The position numbers and the translations under genes were made by a program. 14,971 nucleotides of DNA from Tubiluchus corallicola (taxonomy: Eukaryota; Animalia; Priapulida), in contig JAQGDQ010000423.1 in the NCBI GenBank assembly GCA_030141605.1, forward strand, positions 1 to 14,971. Reading direction: 5' to 3'. Every line of letters begins with the position of its first letter. Position 1 is the stretch's first letter. The notes beneath the pieces are model-generated. The model saw only the letters and a program-made list of their open reading frames with translations, was not told where the DNA came from and made no database searches. Below are positions 10,349 through 14,971 of this stretch, one piece after another.

Positions 10349-10528
10349 TATCAAACACACAACAAATTAATATTTATGGTAGCCCAAAATAAGCGAAATT
10401 TACAATTTGAATTAGTTTGTCTTAGATCAACTTTTTTTGTAACGGTTGATAAATTAATGTGATTATAATGAAATTTACTTTTTCAGATAAGAGCATGTTT
10501 ACTGCAATGTGCGTAACTAAACTCAATC

Positions 10529-10618
10529 ATGGATAAAATTGCTAATATTAAAGATGTTTCAATTGGTAACTGTGTGGATTCACAGTATTTGAAACCCATC
10601 CGCATGCATTTTACACAG
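10529..10618 (+). CDS. NUDT14: NUDT14-like UDP-glucose pyrophosphatase (Nudix), coding exon 1 (MDKIANIKDVSIGNCVDSQYLKPIRMHFTQ)
   Basis: ATCATGG Kozak context with an in-frame TAA upstream at 10514; CAG|gttagt donor. Matches the recalled human N-terminus [27 protein letters not shown]. An acceptor ttttcag| ending at 10486 implies an upstream 5'UTR exon. Confidence 0.88.
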
Positions 10619-10728
10619 GTTAGTTACAGCTCTGTTAGACTCTGTTTATTGGCCAGATTAGCGACTATGTATCAGGGTTGTATGTTAGCGTGTAATTAAA
10701 TTATTAATAAATAGTTCTGTATCTAGGC

Positions 10729-11320
10729 CAGGGGTGTGCAAATTATCTGACTAGCCGGGCCACATTAAACTTTCCCGCAATTTCTGCGGGCCACAGGCAG
10801 TTTGATCAAGGAGCCAAGTACAGAAAGGCCTAATAACGATTTTTTTGCATCCGTCCTGCGTACATCATTACTACTACACTCAAGAAACTATTTTAGAAGT
10901 TATTAAAATGTATATTAAAACCATATATTTCTACTTTCACGACAGATAGTGGTAATATCATTACAATGCATATTGGTAATGTGTATCACACAGTCTGTGT
11001 AGTACAGTGCATATTAATCTGTCTTGACTTGCTTACGCTTTATGACACCTTCGTTTATCATGACATATAGCAACAGCATAACAACGATTCTTTTTCTTGC
11101 AAAGAGTTAGAAAAAAGTCAGAAAATTTTCTGGAATGTCAGACTTAGATTTTGACTTATTTATTCATTTATTTAGCACAATACAACAAAACACAAGTTAC
11201 ACAATTATGAATTAACAATGCATTGCAGTGCTATGAGTCACGTGGGCCGCACTTTCATTACGTTGACAAACCTCTTCGTGGGCCGCAAGTGGCCCGCGGG
11301 CCACAGTTTGCACGCCCCTG
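10729..11320. mobile_element. Non-autonomous hAT (Charlie-like) MITE, 592 bp, in a NUDT14 intron
   Basis: 14-bp TIRs CAGGGGTGTGCAAA / TTTGCACGCCCCTG (1 mismatch). Perfect 8-bp TSD ATCTAGGC at 10721-10728 and 11321-11328. Subterminal GGGCC repeats; no transposase ORF. Confidence 0.93.
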
Positions 11321-12143
11321 ATCTAGGCTTTACTAATATGTAAGCTGTGTGCTTTTTCATTACAGCTTATTCTGAATTTGTTATTATTACCATTCATGAA
11401 GAAGTATTGGTATGCTATTAATATTTTGAAGTAAGTGCTAAACAGTGACGGCACAATTAAAATTAGTGTTCGTGCTGCTTCAGGAAATGTTTAGCCATTG
11501 TTTTAATACTGTGTAAAACGAAACAAACATATGTAATGGTTTAATGTTGAAATTTTAAACAAACAAATGTATGAAAATTTACACATGAACTTGATAAAAT
11601 GATAAACCAGAAAATTTGGGTTTATGAATAGCGTAAATTGCTGCATTTCAAGAATACACAGTTTTTAAGCACGTGACAACTGATAACAAACTGTGTGAGT
11701 GACAGTACTTTTTCTACCTAGCAGCAGACACTAGTAGTGCATAGTACAGTGTATTATCTCAGACATGTGCACATGGTCGCATGCGCACAACAGCCAAACA
11801 CACCACTGTACTGGGCTGTGAAGTAAACAGTACTTCTCTCATGTGCTCCGGTTCCGTACAAGTACAAAGAAAGAACTAAAGAAAAAAGACTTATTATATT
11901 GAACGTTATCGACAACATTGAATGAAATAGGGAGTTCCATAGTACCTATGCACGAGCTACCATTTGTGATAAGTATATATGGATTTGTATTTTGAGGGTT
12001 AACACTTCCAATACTAGCCAACCAAAATTCTTCAAGTTTGCTTGCTTCATTAGATAGTATTAGATAATGTTAATTTCCGATGTGACTAAATTTATAAAAA
12101 AGTAATAAGATTTGAGATGTCTGTAAACCTATTTGGAATAAAA

Positions 12144-12217
<74 letters not shown>

Positions 12218-12254
12218 TTATTATTATTATTATTATTACTACTACTACTACTAC

Positions 12255-12338
<84 letters not shown>
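12144..12338. repeat. Compound (ATT)n/(ACT)n microsatellite
   Basis: Direct inspection; two ACT blocks at about 12175-12216 and about 12238-12255. Confidence 0.98.
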
Positions 12339-12691
12339 GCAAAAAGGCAATTCGTATTGGAGTTTGTAGAATCAGTTCCCAAACAGCTAGAAGATGGTTT
12401 TCTTAACTTACAGAAAGGGTACGTACCTTCAGACATTTGAAAACTGAGCTTCTCATAAGAAATCTTTGCTCTTTCTAGTTTTTGTAGAAAGATCAGAAAA
12501 CTCTAACTGCACACTGTCTATTGCATTCCACCCGAGTATAATGCTTGAACGTGCGGTGCTGAAAAATATTACATACTGATATTAGGATATTAAATAGATA
12601 TGTCCTTCCATATCCTCCGGGCAAATGTTTTGGGCGGATTATTCTTCACGCGTAAATATTTCTCAATGCCTAGAGTCAATGTATAGACTAA

Positions 12692-12811
<120 letters not shown>

Positions 12812-12935
12812 AATGATCTTGAAGAATATTTTACTAAATGAAAAGTGTGGGAAATGCAATGATATACTTATTATACCTCTTTGTGTTGAATATTTTAGTG
12901 CATAGTCGCATAGTCTGAATTGTTTTTGATTTTAG

Positions 12936-12979
12936 AATAAGAAGAGAAGAATTTGGGACATGATGATGGTGCATAACAG
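12936..12979 (+). CDS. NUDT14: NUDT14-like coding exon 2 (NKKRRIWDMMMVHNS)
   Basis: ttttag|AAT acceptor and AG|gtactc donor; 44 nt, phase 0 to 2. Matches recalled human NGAQKSWDFMKTHDS. Remaining exons lie beyond the window. Confidence 0.88.
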
Positions 12980-13000
12980 GTACTCTTAATGTAATTTCTT

Positions 13001-14971
13001 ATCCTCTTCCTTCTTCCTCTCCCTAATCTTACTATTTTTCCATTCCATCATGTCTACTAACCCTAACCATTCTTTCATTCACTCATCCTCCCCTCCCTTC
13101 CTTCTTCCTATCCCTACTCTTACTATTTTTTCCATTCCATCAAGTTTACTAACCCTAACCATTCTTTCATTCACTCATCCTTCCCCCCTTCCTTCTTCCT
13201 ATCCCTAATCTTACTATTTTTTCCATTCCATCATGTCTACTAACCCTAGCCATTCTTTCATTCACTCATCTTCTTCTCTTTTCCTTCTTCCTATTCCTAA
13301 TCTTACTATTTTTTCCATTCCATCATGTCTACTAACCCTAGCCATTCTTTCATTCACTCATCCTCCCCTCCCTTCCTTCTTCCTATCCCTAATCTTATTT
13401 TTTTCCATTCCATCATGTCTACTAACCCTAACCATTCTTTCATTCACTCATCCTCCCCTCCCTTCCTTCTTCCTATCCCTAATCTTACTATTTTTTCCAT
13501 TCCATCATGTCTACTAACCCTAACCATTCTTTCATTCACTCATCCTCCCCTCCCTTCCTTCTTCCTATCCCTAATCTTACTATTTTTTTCCATTCCATCA
13601 TGTCTACTAACCCTAACCATTCTTTCATTCACTCATCTTCCTCTTTCCTTCTTCCTATCCCTAATCTTACTATTTTTTCCATTCCATCATGTCTACTAAC
13701 CCTAACCATTCTTTCATTCACTCATCCTCCCCTCCCTTCCTTCTTCCTATCCCTAATCTTACTATTTTTTCCATTCCATCATGTCTACTAACCCTAGCCA
13801 TTCTTTCATTCACTCATCCTCCCCTCCCTTCCTTCTTCCTATCCCTAATCTTACTATTTTTTCCATTCCATCATGTCTACTAACCCTAACCATTCTTTCA
13901 TTCACTCATCCTCCCCTCCCTTCCTTCTTCCTATCCCTAATCTTACTATTTTTTTCCATTCCATCATGTCTACTAACCCTAACCATTCTTTCATTCACTC
14001 ATCCTCCCCTCCCTTCCTTCTTCCTATCCCTAATCTTACTATTTTTTCCATTCCATCATGTCTACTAACCCTAACCATTCTTTCATTCACTCATCCTCCC
14101 CTCCCTTCCTTCTTCCTATCCCTAATCTTACTATTTTTCCATTCCATCATGTCTACTAACCCTAACCATTCTTTCATTCACTCATCCTCCCCTCCCTTCC
14201 TTCTTCCTATCCCTAATCTTACTATTTTTTCCATTCCATCATGTCTACTAACCCTAACCATTCTTTCATTCACTCATCCTCCCCTCCCTTCCTTCTTCCT
14301 ATCCCTAATCTTATTATTTTTCCATTCCATCATGTCTACTAACCCTAACCATTCTTTCATTCACTCATCCTCCCCTCCCTTCCTTCTTCCTATCCTAATC
14401 TTACTATTTTTTTCCATTCCATCATGTCTACTAACCCTAACCATTCTTTCATTCACTCATCCTCCCCTCCCTTCCTTCTTCCTATCCTAATCTTACTATT
14501 TTTTTCCATTCCATCATGTCTACTAACCCTAACCATTCTTTCATTCACTCATCTTCCCCTCTTTTCCTTCTTCCTCTCCCTAATCTTACTATTTTTTCCA
14601 TTCCATCATGTCTACTAACCCTAACCATTCTTTCATTCACTCATCTTCCCCTCTTTTCCTTCTTCCTATCCTAATCTTACTATTTTTTCCATTCCATCAT
14701 GTCTACTAACCCTAGCCATTCTTTCATTCACTCATCCTCCCCTCCCTTCCTTCTTCCTATCCCTAATCTTACTATTTTTTCCATTCCATCATGTCTACTA
14801 ACCCTAACCATTCTTTCATTCACTCATCCTCCCCTCCCTTCCTTCTTCCTATCCCTAATCTTACTATTTTTTCCCATTCCATCATGTCTACTGACCCTAA
14901 CCATTCTTTCATTCACTCATCCTCCCCTCCCTTCCTTCTTCCTATCCCTAATCTTACTATTTTTTCCATTC
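13001..14971. repeat. About 92-bp pyrimidine-rich satellite, more than 21 copies, running off the window; NUDT14 intron
   Basis: Unit TCCATTCCATCATGTCTACTAACCCTAACCATTCTTTCATTCACTCATCCTCCCCTCCCTTCCTTCTTCCTATCCCTAATCTTACTATTTTT; period 92 (13039, 13131...). Confidence 0.98.

Noticed and set aside
13233-14618. Repetitive hydrophobic ORFs; true telomere
   Set aside because: The ORFs are satellite translations that shift frame between units. There are only about two CCCTAA-like units per 92 bp, not a telomeric array.

Overview
This is AT-rich, intron-containing eukaryotic DNA, probably from an invertebrate animal, and not prokaryotic. Most of the supplied ORFs are artefacts of repeats. Manual splicing recovers two divergent (head-to-head) genes. 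(1) On the minus strand, eight phase-consistent GT-AG coding exons (ATG at 9443 down to 1606; 1191 nt, 397 codons, 3' end outside the window) encode a ZCWPW1-like zf-CW + PWWP dual histone-mark reader. In vertebrates this family works with PRDM9 at meiotic hotspots. Its N-terminus carries a near-perfect triplicated 25-aa coding repeat. (2) On the plus strand are the first two coding exons of a NUDT14-like UDP-glucose pyrophosphatase (10529-10618, 12936-12979). The two start codons are about 1.1 kb apart. The introns hold minisatellites (22, 86, 53, 45 and 92 bp units), microsatellites, an intact hAT-type MITE with a perfect 8-bp TSD, a second probable MITE, and several 5'-truncated non-LTR retrotransposon 3' ends. 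One of these has a (TTAC)n tail that abuts a splice acceptor. Gene identities rest on remembered similarity to vertebrate proteins; no database search was run.
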